Positions 40,984 through 55,171 of a DNA stretch of 64,000 nt are shown here, in pieces. The stretch lies in NCBI RefSeq assembly GCF_006345805.1, contig NC_043006.1, positions 56,730,001-56,794,000 of the forward strand, in the 5' to 3' direction. The translations under genes and the position numbers were made by a program. Origin of the DNA: Octopus sinensis (taxonomy: Eukaryota). Each line of letters opens with the position of its first letter. The stretch's first letter is position 1. The notes below the pieces were generated by a model, which was given only the letters and a program-made list of their open reading frames with translations, was not told the origin of the DNA and made no database searches.

Positions 40984-41338
40984 TTGCAAAATGCTGCCTC
41001 CTAGCTCCAAAACAGCTCCAACAGTCAAGTCAGTAACTAGGAAACCACAGGCTGGTTACCTCGTATCTTTGCACCGACTGTCCTAGTTGCCAAATTCACA
41101 CTGACTGTTTCCGTAGCCAACTTCACACTCCGCGTTCTTTACGTGGCCAACTGACACCGTGCGTTCCTTCACCAGTTCAAATCGTCCACCTCACAGCAAA
41201 GACGCATAGAAAAAGGAAATGCGCTACATGCTTCATATCAATCACGTGATCAACAACGTTATTTCTCCTTTGTAACACTACCCACTCCCTAGTCCTTTGT
41301 TGACCCGACAAAAGTATACCACATTTATAACTTCAGTC

Positions 41339-44161
41339 TGTAACGAAGGATCTGTTATCGATTCACTGAAAGGGTGTCGATATCCGATCTGGTTACATAC
41401 AATTTTATAAGACAATACAGACGAAGTCAGGTTGTAGGTAAAAAGACAGCAGTTCGTTTATTTATTGCGATGTCGTACGTGTGTCTGATGGGAGAAAGAC
41501 AGCCTCTGATATACAGCTTCGTGTTAGCTTGTTGAAGTTTGTTGATGGTCGTTGGCGGCTATGTCGGTGAGGTTGTCAGAGCTTGTTGAATGTACGTCCG
41601 ATCGCATGAGCTGTGGAGCCGGAGAGAAAGATTTGAGCTTGGCGGGCTTGAGGGAACGTTTCCCGCACATGCGCATGGGGAAGACTTCCGGTGGCCACCC
41701 GGAAGTAGTCCCATTCTGCGCATGCGCGCTGAGCCCTACACAGTAGCATCACTACATGGCTCCCCTTCGAGTGCGAAGTACGACAACAAGAAAATTTGTG
41801 GTGGTGCTGCAGAAAACAGAAGGCTTGCCGATCCCCCAGAAGACTTGGTACATAATATCATACAATATAACAAAATGGCAGAATTTATAATATACATAAG
41901 AAATTCACCAAAAGGAAAAAAGAGAAAAAATACTCAAAATGAGCAAAATCAAAGGTGCATGTGTGAATAAGAATAGCTTCCGGCCAACGTGAGAAATGAT
42001 CGATAAAGTTAAATATATATGAGAACCCATTACTCACAGGCCATGGTCCAACCAAATCAAGGTGTACATGGCGAAAACGGGCTTCAGGAGAAGAAAACTG
42101 TCCAAGTGGAGCACGAACGTGTCCATGGACCTTAGCACTCTGGCACTTCAAACAAGAGCGTGCCCAAGAGGTAATCGATCGTCGCATATTGGGCCAAAAG
42201 AACTGTGGCAGAGTTACCTGGATGTGACAGTGAATGAAGAGCATCAAACACAGAACGTTGATGTTTCTCAGGTACTAATGGTCTAGGTGAACCGGTGGAT
42301 ACGTCACAAAGTATAGAGCCTTCCGCTGAAAGGAGCGGAAGCTAGGCAAACTTACAGTTAATAAACTTAGGCGAAGTTAAATCCAACTCCTCTAAAGGTG
42401 GTTGATCCTGCGAAATAGCAGTTAAGTCAATTGCTGCAGGAAAGGAAATGGAACTGGCAGATAGATCGCTAGTAACACAAAAGGCAGACAGTGCTTCAGC
42501 TGAAGGTGTAAGGTTAGCAAAGGTGACAGTGTAAGCATGCTGGAGTGATGCGCGAGACAGATAATTTACTCTGTTAATTACGTGACCAACAGGGGTCTAA
42601 CAGGGGGAAATTACGCCTAAACATGGGCGCAGTGCAAGTGAACATCCGACGTTCTTTGAGTCGGGAAAAGAATTGAGCTGACGCAGACGTGTTGCAAAAC
42701 AAGGCAGTACACGTGCAGAACAGAGGTGCATGAATGCAATAGGGCTTGCTAGACTGAAACACAGCAATGAATATGCCAGTGGTTAATGTAGTAAGGCTGA
42801 GGCTGCCAGCCAGTGCATGAGCGATTATGTGCCTCGGTCGTGCAGGAACAAAAGTGTGACATGCTAGCGCGTTATCATGGACAAACAATTTTCTCTATGT
42901 ATACGTGACCGACCTAGGGTCTTACAGATATGAGTTGTGTCCACAAAGGCAAATTGAGCATGGAAAAACAAGCGAGAAAGGCATGTGTGACGTATGAATG
43001 TGACAGAGATAGCATTTGTGTGTGTACGTGTGTGCGACAGAAATACAACAAGGTGAATGCGGACAAAATAAAATACAGCGCATAGGAAAAAGTCTCTCAG
43101 GGCTATTTCAGACAAGATGGAGTTAATTTACCAGTTCGTAATAGCATGATACATAATAGCAGTTCGTTCTGTAACAGAATGTTGAGATCACAAATGCAGA
43201 TGCCGGTTGAACACATGTCGTGTAGCGGTTGTGGCTTCAATGCTGTGACAGGTTAAATTGTTACAGAAGATCTCGCAGGTAGACTGTGCTGTTAATGCTG
43301 GTGTGTATACACGAACAGCGTGTACGCTAAACTTCCGCGAGTTGCTATGTACATCTTGTTGAGGTCGACGGTGTTGAAGGCGACAGTGATGGACTTGAGA
43401 CACATTGTTGCTTAGTGTTGCTGGCGACGAAGATAACGACGACGTGAAGTTCTAAGACGACGATGGTGATGACGACGGCAGAGAAATAGCATCGATGATA
43501 TGAAGGCGTCCGTGGTGTATGTTAGTGTCGTCATTATTGCTGTAAATAAGAGAGGCTCCTTTTATAACTGTTTGAGGGGACCGGAAACAAATCGTCGAAG
43601 GATGATGACTGCGTAGAATTGATCGTGTTCAGACTTAGCAGAAAACTGGATGAAAAAATGAATGTTCAGCGCTCTATCCGGCAAAAACCTGTTCGCTGCG
43701 TCTTCTGTTCTGTTCTTTTTTTTTTCAACTTGGGGTCACCAATTGTAACGAAGGATCTGTTATCGATTCACTGAAAGGGTGTCGATATCCGATCTGGTTA
43801 CATACAATTTTATAAGACAATACAGACGAAGTCAGGTTGTAGGTAAAAAGACAGCAGTTCGTTTATTTATTGCGATGTCGCACGTGTGTCTGATGGGAGA
43901 AAGACAACCTCTGATATACAGCTTCGTGTTAGCTTGTTGAAGTTTGTTGATGGTCGTTGGCGGCTATGTCGGTGAGGTTGTCAGAGCTTGTTGAATGTAC
44001 GTCCGATCGCATGAGCTGTGGAGCCGGAGAGAAAGATTTGAGCTTGGCGGGCTTGAGGGAACGTTTCCCGCACATGCGCATGGGGAAGACTTCCGGTGGC
44101 CACCCGGAAGTAGTCCCATTCTGCGCATGCGCGCTGAGCCCTACACAGTAGCATCACTACA
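41339..44161 (-). mobile_element. Non-autonomous Gypsy-type LTR element, 2823 bp, structurally complete
   Basis: Two 418-bp TG...CA LTRs (41339-41756, 43744-44161); 4-bp TSD AGTC; PBS-like TGGTGACCCC; PPT GAAGGGGAG; integrase fragment (HPG...FWPNM...CLKCQ...HLDLVGP). Confidence 0.92.
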
Positions 44162-45430
44162 AGTCTTTACGGTGACTGTCTTACTCTTACACTCATTCTC
44201 CTCGGTCTACAGTGCCTTCAGCTACAGATGTGTCCAGGGCGGTCCCAAGCTGAACTGGCCAGGCCCATCGTACTTCCACAGACGATTCACATGCACATTC
44301 TTAGGACGTGCCGTCTTGCCTCCTCGAATCTGGTATGTCACTTCGGACAGTCGATTCAACACAGCATAGTGTCCTTCCCAAAAACTCTGCAGCTTCGGCG
44401 ACTGTCCCTTCTTCCGTTGGGAATTATAAAACCACACTTCATCTCCCACCTTTAAAGTTGATCTCGCTAGCCCTGGCATCATGCCGACGTTTCATCACTC
44501 CACCACAAAACTTCAGAGATTCCTTAACTTGACGGTGTGCCTCTGTCAGTCTCTCTTGCAGATGTTTCTCGTAACTGGATGTTTCTCTAAGAATTTCTTC
44601 ATTTAGTGATCTTCCCATCAACAGATCAACCGGAATCACACCCCGTAACCCTGCATCAGCGTTGCACGTGTATTGCCAGTAGACTCGTGCGTTTCCAAAC
44701 AATATGCCATAAAAAAAGCGAATAACTTCAAGTCCCATTCCCTTCTTTGTATTTTGCAAGTGTATTCTTTCAAAACCTGTCCACTCTCTGTTATCTTTAC
44801 TTGCAAAGATTTCAGCTCAGAATTGCGAGTTTTGTAACGTCTCAGCTCAGATCAAATTTGTGCTTTTTTCTCATCGTATTTCTTTGAGGTTGTACTACAT
44901 TCCTTTTTCCAGCTTCTACTAATTATTTTCTGTGAATTGAAAAGCTTCTTTAATTCCACCATAATGTTATGATTTCCATCTTCAAAACTCAGCAGTGTTT
45001 TCGTGAGTTGGAAGACATTTCCTCATACATAACAGCAATCTTCTTACGCATATTACACTGCATCTCATCCCGTTTATTGTTTGCCTGCAACATATTCACC
45101 TTTAGTTCGTTAATTTCCTGGATCACCTGAAATTTACTTTCTGGTAGTCGGCTGTTGTCACACTTCAGTGAAGATACTTGCTCTTTTAGTTTTTCCTTTT
45201 TTTCCTTCACTAAAATATCTATTTTCTGGTTTAAGTTTTTCATATAACATTCCTGGTGATGTTCAAATTTGTCAAGCTTCCTCTCACTGGCATCTTTAGA
45301 TTTTAACGCTTCTGTTAAACGTTGTATAAGCTTCTCTGACTACGTTGAAAGATTTATTCTCCTCTACAAAGATTTGACGGACATGTTGCAATTCTGTTTT
45401 AACCGTTCATACATATATATATATACATAC
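44162..45430 (-). mobile_element. Older Gypsy remnant (coiled-coil region + integrase C-terminus), host of the nested LTR element
   Basis: PKLQSFWEGHYAVL...VHVNRLWKY (GPY/F-like); continues at 40985-41338 with PPT-like GGGAGTGGGTAG followed by TGTTACA. Confidence 0.7.
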
Positions 45431-45650
45431 ATATACATACATGCATATACATACATAAACATATATATACATATACACATACATGCATATACATATACAT
45501 ATGTGTGTGCCCGCGCGAGCGTGTGTGTGCATGTACCAAACATGTCGGCCCCCTTTTATATATAATCGCAAGAAAAACTTTCAGTTTAGGAAAGTAAGCA
45601 AATTAGAAAACTGTAAGAACAATACTCTAAAATCAATAAATAATACTTAC

Positions 45651-46192
45651 TTATCACGTATTCCTTCAATATCGTTAGCTCCTTTAAGCGCTTTAAGGAT
45701 TCGTACAATTTGAAGGTTGGTTTTCAACGGATATTCCTGTCCCGTTAAATTTATGAAATATTTCCATTTTTTATATTTTAACAAATCCCTCATGCAAATT
45801 AACTCAGCTTCCGTTTGAGAAAATATTCCCCATTCAACATCGATAATGCGAGATGCAATGTAAACATTAGGTAAACACTTTGCTATCGCTTCCATGTCAC
45901 TCAATATCAAAGGATCAGAACTTTTATCAACGTGAATGCAATAATAATTGTGTGGACGGTAAATGGCCCTCAGTAAGTTTTCAACTTGATCGGGTTCTTT
46001 GTAAAGTACGATGGAATAAGCAAGAGGAAAGTCTTCTTCTTCTTTTGTAACATCCTTCAAAGTGATATACCTTCCACGTTTTCGAAATTCATCACAATTT
46101 TGACACAGGTTTTCAGCATACTCTCCGTTAGGTAATGAGACATGTGGATGTAAGGCAGAGTAGTTTTCTGCGTTCGACAAAGCAAATTCGTC
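45651..46192 (-). CDS. GCNT: GCNT-family exon 3 (GT14 catalytic domain N-half), right copy
   Basis: Motifs EEEDFPLAYSIVLYK, AIYRPHNYYCIHVD and WKYFINLTGQEYPLKTN; acceptor CCAG, donor AA|GTAAGT. Confidence 0.93.
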
Positions 46193-46608
46193 CTGGTGTG
46201 AAAAGAAAATAGATTTAAAGCTAAGTAAATGAAATACGCGGGCGCACGTTGACGCGCTAGCAAACAAGAAAAGGAAAAGTTACGCAGAAATAAATATAAT
46301 GAATTAATAAGTAGGCGCGGATGTAGCTGCGAAGATGAAAGGTCCATTTCTCAATCATGTGATCCGAGGCTAAGCTTGGCTGCTTAGCAGTTTGAATATG
46401 TGTCTTCAACCATGGCATCGAGTCCCCCAAAAGCCTTGTGAGCGGCAATGGTAAACGATAGATGAAAGGAACTCGCACACAGGCACGCATGCACGCACGC
46501 ACATATACACTCTCACTCACACACATACACGTACGCATATATACATACACGCACATATATACACACATACACACACACACACATAGATAGACACGTCTGT
46601 GTGTGTGT

Positions 46609-46642
<34 letters not shown>

Positions 46643-49600
46643 TTGTTTTTTTTTGTCTTCTTGTCATGTAAAAGAGCATCACCGTCATACATGCAGTGTA
46701 TTTTGTATCCAGTCTTTCGGGTAAACATGTTTAGCCACTGGGAAATACTGTTTTGACTTAACACAATTGGAGATGAGTATTCGGCCATAGATATCTAGCC
46801 ACAATGAATTTTTCGTATGTCTCATGTAAGCGTGGTAAGTAAGCGTTAAAGCTGTGATGATGATTATGATGATGATGATGATGATGATGATGGTGATGGT
46901 GATGATGATGATGGTGATGGTAGTGGTAGTGGTGATGATGACGATGATGACCAAATATATTGGTCAAATGGTTCTGGAAAGTATTAGTATGGTTTACAAC
47001 TGATTTATATTCTTATACAATTGTGTAATGACAATTCAATTACTATGTTTATTAACATATGTTTTGACCTATATTGTCTGTTGTATGTTGTCATTTATAT
47101 CAGATTTTTGCTTGTATATTCTTGAAAGTACAGTATTTTCTTGGATGCTGTTTACAAAATGCAACCTACAACTATTAGCACAACTTCACTTTTTTTCTAT
47201 CATATATTATGTTCTGTGGTATCATTATCTTCTATGGTAACATATTCTATGATACCTACTTCTTTACTACCCACAAGGGGCTAAACACAGAGAGGACAAA
47301 CAAGGACAGAAAAACGGATTAAGTCGATTACATCGACCCCAGTGCGTAACTGGTACTTATTTAATCGACCCCGAAAGGATGAAAGGCAAAATCGACCTCG
47401 GCAGAATTTGAACTCAAAACGTAGCGGCAGACGAAATACGGCTACGCATTTCCCCACGGCGTGCTAACGTTTCTGCCAGCTCGCCGCCTTGTAACATTAT
47501 ATTCTATGATACCATGAGCATTTATGGTATCATCATCATCTATAGTACCCTTATTTTCTATGACATCTATGTATCATTATCTTCTATAATACCATTATCT
47601 TCTATGGTTTCATTATCCTGTATGACCATTGAACGGATGAAATCGTTAGAGCGTCGCACAAAAAGTTTTGCGGTACTTGTTTCGGCTTTTTTTACGTTCA
47701 AGTTCAGCTGAGGTCACCTATGCCTTTCATCTTTTTGGAATAGATACAATAAATTTTCAGTCAAGTACTGTGGTCGGTCGTATCATCAAGGACCCTCCCC
47801 TTTAAAAAATTGCCGGATTTTTGCCTCAGTCAGCAACCATTATCTACGATGTCGCTATTCTGAGACATTCTTATCGACATCGTTGTTCTCTAAAACGCCG
47901 TACCCTGTAATGACATCGTTATCCTTTATGGCATAATTATTCTCTAACATCATTATCCTTATGGCATCACCTCTCTATATGGCGTCATTACTCTGATGAC
48001 ATCATTATTTTCGTCTTTGACTTATCTTTGTAAAAAGTAAAGTGTCTGTCCTCATTAATTTCAATCTCGCCCATAAAATCTCTTTAGCAAAGCCATCAAG
48101 CAGAAGAAAAAGGTCTCACTCTTTTTGTTAAAAGAATATAGTAGGAAGATTTTTACATGATATTCAGTTAACCGCTGGTTCCACACCGCATGAGCTGACA
48201 ACCGTTCATCATAGTTCTGCGAGTCAGCAATGCTGAAAAATTGAATGAGCGCGTAATAAACACTGACGTTATCCTATGCGTATCTCAGACAACCTTTCCT
48301 CTAGCAGGGTCTATCCAGAAGTGACAATGCACCACTCTTAGCACTCTAGGACCAAAGAGTTTAGAAATTATTCCTAATTCATGAATTGAAGGTCCACTAG
48401 GGCATGCTTTATAGCTGGTCTTCGTCGACACTAAGGGCTTTCTTGATTAATGTCGTCTCTCAAGTTTGCCACCAACCGTTTATAGAAAGCAAAAAGGCTT
48501 GACGTTCCATTGGCTCCATTAACCAATTAGAAGAGAACTATGGACGACCGATAACATTACAGATGCCCAGTTTTAGTCTATGCTCTACTTGGCGCTCCTT
48601 TAGAAACGCACATCTTCAAGAAAATGAAATGCAATTAAAAAAAATTTATGAAAATGGAAAATATATACAAAATAAAGGATGTATTCAAAAAAATTAGAAA
48701 GATTCATCCATTTTAAAATATTTTATACTAAATCGGACACTCGCTAATATAAACAAATATGTCGGACGATACAAGAGGTGGTAATTTGCTTTTACCAGTC
48801 AGATATTATTAATGATACGAGGGGCCCGACAACATCATCTGTGAATTGTAAGAAGACCGCTCCACAATCTTCTTGAAATTCAATTTATAACCTATGATTT
48901 TGATTTTTTTTGATTTTTCCAGTTTCTCCTCATGAGCTGTGGCCATGCATAATATATATTATTATGTCAAATTTTCTGCCTGAACGTGGAATTTTTAATT
49001 CTATGACATTATTTCGTCTCAGAAGAGATTTGGGAACAACAGAAAAGGCCATTAACTAACCCTGGCCCTGACCCTGATCCAAACCCTAACTCTAAAACTA
49101 AACCTAACCCAACCCTAATCCTAAAACTAAAACTAACCCTAAACCAGAAACTAACCATAACCTAACCCTAACTCTAAAACTAATTTTTTTTCCAAACGCT
49201 GACTCCATTTACATTTTTAAAAAAATTAGAGTGTTTTAATGCTATGTATAAACTATTAACTTTCTCTTCTATACGGATGATTTGTAAATATATGCAAGCG
49301 ATAATATCCAAAGGAAAAAAAACCTACTAACAAGTTTTCACAAATTCTGCCAAGGCATAAACTTGAGTCTAAGATATGGCAAAAGTGAAAACGCTTCTAT
49401 AAGATGACACAAACTAAGTAAAACTGAAAATATGCAATAAGATACAAATATCAAAACTAGAGATTTAGACTAAACACATCTCTACAAATGCTTAAGAGTA
49501 GATGAGGCTGATAAAATATAATGCTCAGAAATTAAGAGGAATAGGAAAGATTATTAGAGAAGTATTATTAAAAAATAAATTGCAGGTTAGAAGTAAGCTC

Positions 49601-52600
49601 GTGTATATAAATCTTCCGAGTATAAACTACAGCTTCAGAATGGTAAACTGGAAGGAAATTAAAATTAATATGTGGAAACTACATTTTTTTTTCCGGGCTG
49701 CGATTCGAAACCGAATCTAAAGATTCTCGCTCGCCTGATCCACCTCCAGGCTGACTAGGCGCAAAAAATTTCTTTGCCTTATCAGAAAGTGATGGATGAG
49801 TTTCTAATCAAACTCCAACCTGGGCTCTATCACGGAAAGTTCAGATGGACAAGTGACCTAAATAAGTACAAACTACTCTTATGGTATATCCAACCTTCTA
49901 GCTAGGATAGCCATTATAAATACGGTTGCCTTAAACACACGCCAGTTAGCAACATATTCAGAGATGAGCTAGCAGTGACCGTTGACGCTAGACAGTTGCA
50001 GTTGTAGACCACGAACAGACAAGATAGAACAATAACACAACACGACCAAATGACAAACGCACATGTTGATATGACGAGATAGTACAAGGTATATTTACCT
50101 GGTACTAGATAGTACAAGGTATATTTACCTGGTACTATCCCGTCACATCAACATTCTCTTTCCTCCAGTTTTACTTTGCCAACTCGAAGTAGCTGGTAAC
50201 TTTATGTAGCGGCAGATTTGGTCATGTTTCAAATCAAGTTCTCTGTATCTAACACGTAGATGCAACTGTTAACCAAATAAATTATGAAAACTGCATTTCT
50301 ATTCTTTTTCATTTGTTTTCCGTTGGTGTCGGTCCAATACGCCTATCATCATCCTGCTACACGCGCCAACTTACACTGTATCATCAACAATATCACATTT
50401 CGCTACCCGAACTAGAAAATTGCTGTGACTAATCGTCATGTCTCTACTGGAATACAACCCAGCGGTGAATTTACTCTCGGTCGACATGGAATTCCAGGCA
50501 GCGATCCCTTCTACCGATCCTTTCCTTTCGTCGTCCAGCTCTTCGGAAAATGCAGACTTGCATTCGTTGGTGACGCAGCGGGCATCACAAATACAGGCCC
50601 TGATAGATCAGATACAAGCCCTAACCTTTGGTCTCCCCCATCAAAGTAGCAGCTAATCGCGTCGATTTGGTAGGCGGTCACGGAGCTCGAATTCTTCCCG
50701 TAATTCACAGGAAGCATGTTGGTACCACCGTACATTTTGAACACGGGTGCAGAAATAAACGACTCCGTGTTCGTTCTAAACATCTCGTTCCGGAAACAAA
50801 TTAACCAGGAATTTAACGCGACGGAATTCCCTGGCTCTCACCAATAAAGTCGCCTGCTCTTCGTCAGTGATCGTGTAACAAGCACACACCCGACAACTTA
50901 TATTGAACCATCAACAACATCACAATTCGCTACACATCCCGCTGCAGATAGCTTAGGCAGAAAAACTTTAAAACTTCAGAAATTTTGTCGAAGCCACCAC
51001 CCAAAAGATGAGAGAGATGGATTCCCCTAGAATCTGATAAAAAACAAAGCAATAAAAAATCTCTACATAACATTGGTGGGACTAGAAAATTCTTGAAAGT
51101 ATTATAAAGAAATGCAAAAATAAATAACAAATACAAACATAAAATTAACCAGTCTAAAAAAAAACAGAACGAAAGAAAAAAAAGGCTAAAGAAAATGAAG
51201 AGACAAAATCAAGTGAGAATCCTGAAATATATATTTCTTTATTGCCCACAAGGGGCTAAACATAAAGGGGACAACCAAAGACAGACAAATGGATTAAGTC
51301 GATTACATCGACCCCAGTGCGTAACTGGTACCTTATTTATCGACCCCAAAAGGATGAAAGGCAAAGTTAACCTCGGCGGTATTTGAACTCAGAACGTAAG
51401 GCCATACGAAAGAATCCTGAAATATACTGCAGAAAAAAAATTTCAGAGGAACACCACTTCGTTCGTGATCAATATGCTGCAAGTCTCTACAGAAAGGAAA
51501 CAAGCTGGAATTAAGGTCAATAATGCCTCTAAAGTTCTTGGCTTAATGCAGAAACAGGAGGGTTGATTATAGTCGCTTAATACGCACAAATAACTACATC
51601 ACTGAGAATCCTGAAATAACCCATCCTACCACCGAGATGATATCGACAGAATACTCCTACTCCATGCACAAAAGTTTGGTTTTGTTACAAATAGAAAGCT
51701 ACAGCAAAATAACAATAGTTGAACTAGAAAATACTTAGAAGCGAAAGAGAATCAATAGGTTTACTATGGAAAGATGAAAGCATACAGTCTTTGCTTGTTT
51801 GTTTTGTTTTGTTTTTTCTTTAAATATAAGCAATTGATAAAATACAAACTGAAGACTAACTAACTACACAGAAATTAAAGATTTAGATGAAAATATAACG
51901 GCAACAGTTTTAAGACTTGACATAGAGGAGAAATAAACCAGAAAAAAAGTTAACTAATGGCTTAAAATTACTAGCCTAAACAAGCAGAAACATGAAGTCT
52001 GAGTTTAGTTGCACAGCAGCAATGTTAAACTACAGTGCAATGATAACTTTAAGTACAGACTACGCAGTCAATAAACAGATAATTAACTTCATCAGTTTTG
52101 ACTACTCAGCCGTTGTAAAGATACAGTCGAGTCGATGTGTTTGTCGCAGGTTATATTGCTCGGTCGTTGTCATGTATCCTACTTGATATATGTTTGTAAC
52201 GCTCTTTGTCCGTTTTCACAAAGATATTGCAAAGGCGATCACAAGCAAAGATTTGTAACGGTAGAGATTGTACAGTTGTAACGGGAGAAATTGATTAGTA
52301 AACAATTTTATGAAATGTTGATAGTCAGCAATTGTAACGGGAGAAATAATTTGTTATTATGATTGCATGTTGTAATATGTGAAAAAATAAAGTGCAAAAA
52401 GGGATCTTTTCACTTTGACCGACAGATTTTTAAAAATTTACTGGTAGAATGTGTTACATAAAACATCTTTTTCTCTTGGCTTTCTTGAGAAAATTCTGTA
52501 GTTTGTAAGCTATTTGTTGTTTAATTTCTTGCATTTCGGCAATTTCAACCAATCAATGACGTCTATTGAGGTGAATACAATTTCTTGCGGTGTCATATCA

Positions 52601-54996
52601 GTTACGTTCGTATGAATAAAAGATTATCGTTATTAAACTTTTATTAATAAACACATAATCTAAGTTCACAACATAAGCAGTTTTAATTTCCCTCTCTGTT
52701 GCACAGATACACACATTACATATTATATATTCGTTTAAGAAACAGATTGGGTTTATTTACATTTCTGAAGAAAAAGATACCCTTCCCCCACCCCTAACCC
52801 TAAAACAGATTGAAATGCGATAGATCGATACTAAGGTCATAATTATGGGTGGACACTAAATGAGGGAACGGTTTTGTTATCCAGCTCTATTTATGTGTGA
52901 CCCCTAAGTTTATGGCCACACACGTGTATTTGTTTACATTTGAAGCTCGTCACTTTCTGCAAAATCTTTATTTTTTTTATATATGTGGGGTTATGGTTAG
53001 GATTAGGGTTAAGTTTAGTGGGGAAGGGTATCTTTTTCTCGTAAATAACAGTGACAAACTGATATGACACCGCAAGAAGTTGTTGTTGACAAACAACCGC
53101 AGAAATTGTATTTACCTCAATAGACGTCATTGATCGATTGAAATTGCCAAAATGCAAGAAATTAAACAACAAATAACTTACAAACTACAGAATTTTCTCA
53201 AGAAAGCCAAGAGAAAAAAATGTTTTATGTAACACATTCTACCAGTATACGAAGTTTAAAAGTGTTTAGTTACGTGGAAATTATTTTAAAAATATGCCGG
53301 TCAAAATGAAAAGATCCGCATAAAGTTTTAGGGAAATGTTTATTTACCGTTACGTTACAATACCTTGCCTCGACGGGCAGGTTTTGATACATCTAAAAGC
53401 ATGCGAAGTAAAGTTTGTTTGTGTCCTCTTCATTGTTTAGTAGTAATTGCTGAGACAGATAGAATGATGTTGTAAGAGAACAGAATTAGAGCTAGAGAGA
53501 AGTGTTGTGTGTCGTCTGACAGAAACTTCATTTCTCCCTCTGACCAAGGTTCTAGCTGGTCAGCCAGACTTCTTCGTCACCGAAGTGGCTACTTGGTTGA
53601 GTCTTCACCGAAGTGGTGACTAACTGATTTTTGCTTGGGATGTGCTGATTTATATATTCAGAAGGATAGATATATCATTGAGAACAACAGATTTAGTTGG
53701 TGGTCTTGTCATCTCTATGCTAGCTTTTGGAGAAGTAGAAGAGGTTAGAAAGGGTCAAGTAGTGAAGACATTATTTCGGCCTAGCTAAAGGCATCTGCAA
53801 AATGTAAAACTGCTGTCACAAAAAACCCAAACATTGTTCCATCGTGGGAAAAGTTCTGTAGCAGTGTTAATTTAAATTTGGCTGTGGTGGATCGAATCCA
53901 CTTCATGCATGCAAGATTCGCTACAGATTCAATGTTAGTGCCAATATCTCTGGTTGTGATCATTATAATTTTTCCTATGTATTGCGTCAGGACCCAATAA
54001 GTAGGCCTATAGCACACGGCCTGTACTTGCTTCTTCGCCTCATTATTTTAAACATAAGGCGCATTCTAACAAATGTCTGTTTCAGTCAAGAGATTAAACA
54101 TCTTTCCATACATCGGCTACAACCATCTCTCGGTTTATTTTCGAGAATATATGGAAATTTCCCTGCCGCTAATTCAAAAGTAGATATGCCACCCCACCCC
54201 CCTGTCAGCCTTGCAAGCGAAAATTGAGTAAGATGCCATTTTCTAACATACCTTATCTCTTTCGTCTCTTTTTCTTTTCTTTTTTTTTTTGTGGTCCACC
54301 CCATATCGAGGAATTCTTTATGATCTTCGACTGTTACAAAAAAATTGTTGCTTTTGATATTGCTCACTCTGCTGGTTTGTAAATGAAAATTATTGTTTCA
54401 ACACTTATTTTCTGTTCATTATCGAACATCTACATAATCAGTCTATGTAGTTTTCAGTTTTTGTTTAAAAAAATAACTGTTTTGATGTTGCACAATAGCT
54501 ACAGGGCCTGTTTGTTTTACCCTGACTGTGCTCCGTTACTTTGAGTAAGATACTGGCGATTGTTTGTTGATACTTAAATAATACGAGAGCAGTTGCCAGG
54601 CATTTAGTAAAGGAGATAATTGACGGATAGCTGATGTGGTGGCAGACGATAAGGAAGCTAAGAGACGCGCAACAAACGAGATTAGAAACATGCAATAGAG
54701 AAGATAAGAGCAAAACAACATCACAATTAACTGACAGCAAGTTTGGGTATTATAAAAGACAGAGAATGCGGTAAGAGAGAGACATCAGAATAAATAATAA
54801 ATAGTATATAGAAAGGATAGATTACTGTACAAACTGAAAATTACTACGTTGTTTTGTTGTCATGTAGAATGACGAAGTAACGCCTTTTCGAGTAATAAAT
54901 TGCCCTCTGATAGTTTCCAGTGCCGACGAAAATGTTTCAACTTATTGACTAAAGATTTGGAATAGATCAGATCAACGGTAAAGCAAAGATGTTTAC

Positions 54997-55171
54997 CTGT
55001 CTTATGAGTGCTGCACAGTCAAACGGGTGTCTGGAGGTATCAGCATGTAGTACATTATTTATGGTTCCTAGATACAGATATTTGATGCTTACGAAATAAG
55101 TAAATATAAGACAAACAAGTAACACGATGAAAATAAATCTGTTCCTCGGGAGGCAAAGGCGTAACTTTAAA
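54997..55171 (-). CDS. GCNT: GCNT-family exon 2: type II transmembrane anchor and stem (LKLRLCLPRNRFIFIVLLVCLIFTYFVSIKY...FDCAALIRQ)
   Basis: Polypyrimidine tract plus CAG acceptor, and a CAG|GTAAAC donor in phase 0. The hydrophobic stretch fits a type II anchor, and the exon joins in frame to DEFALSNA of the next exon. Confidence 0.8.
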
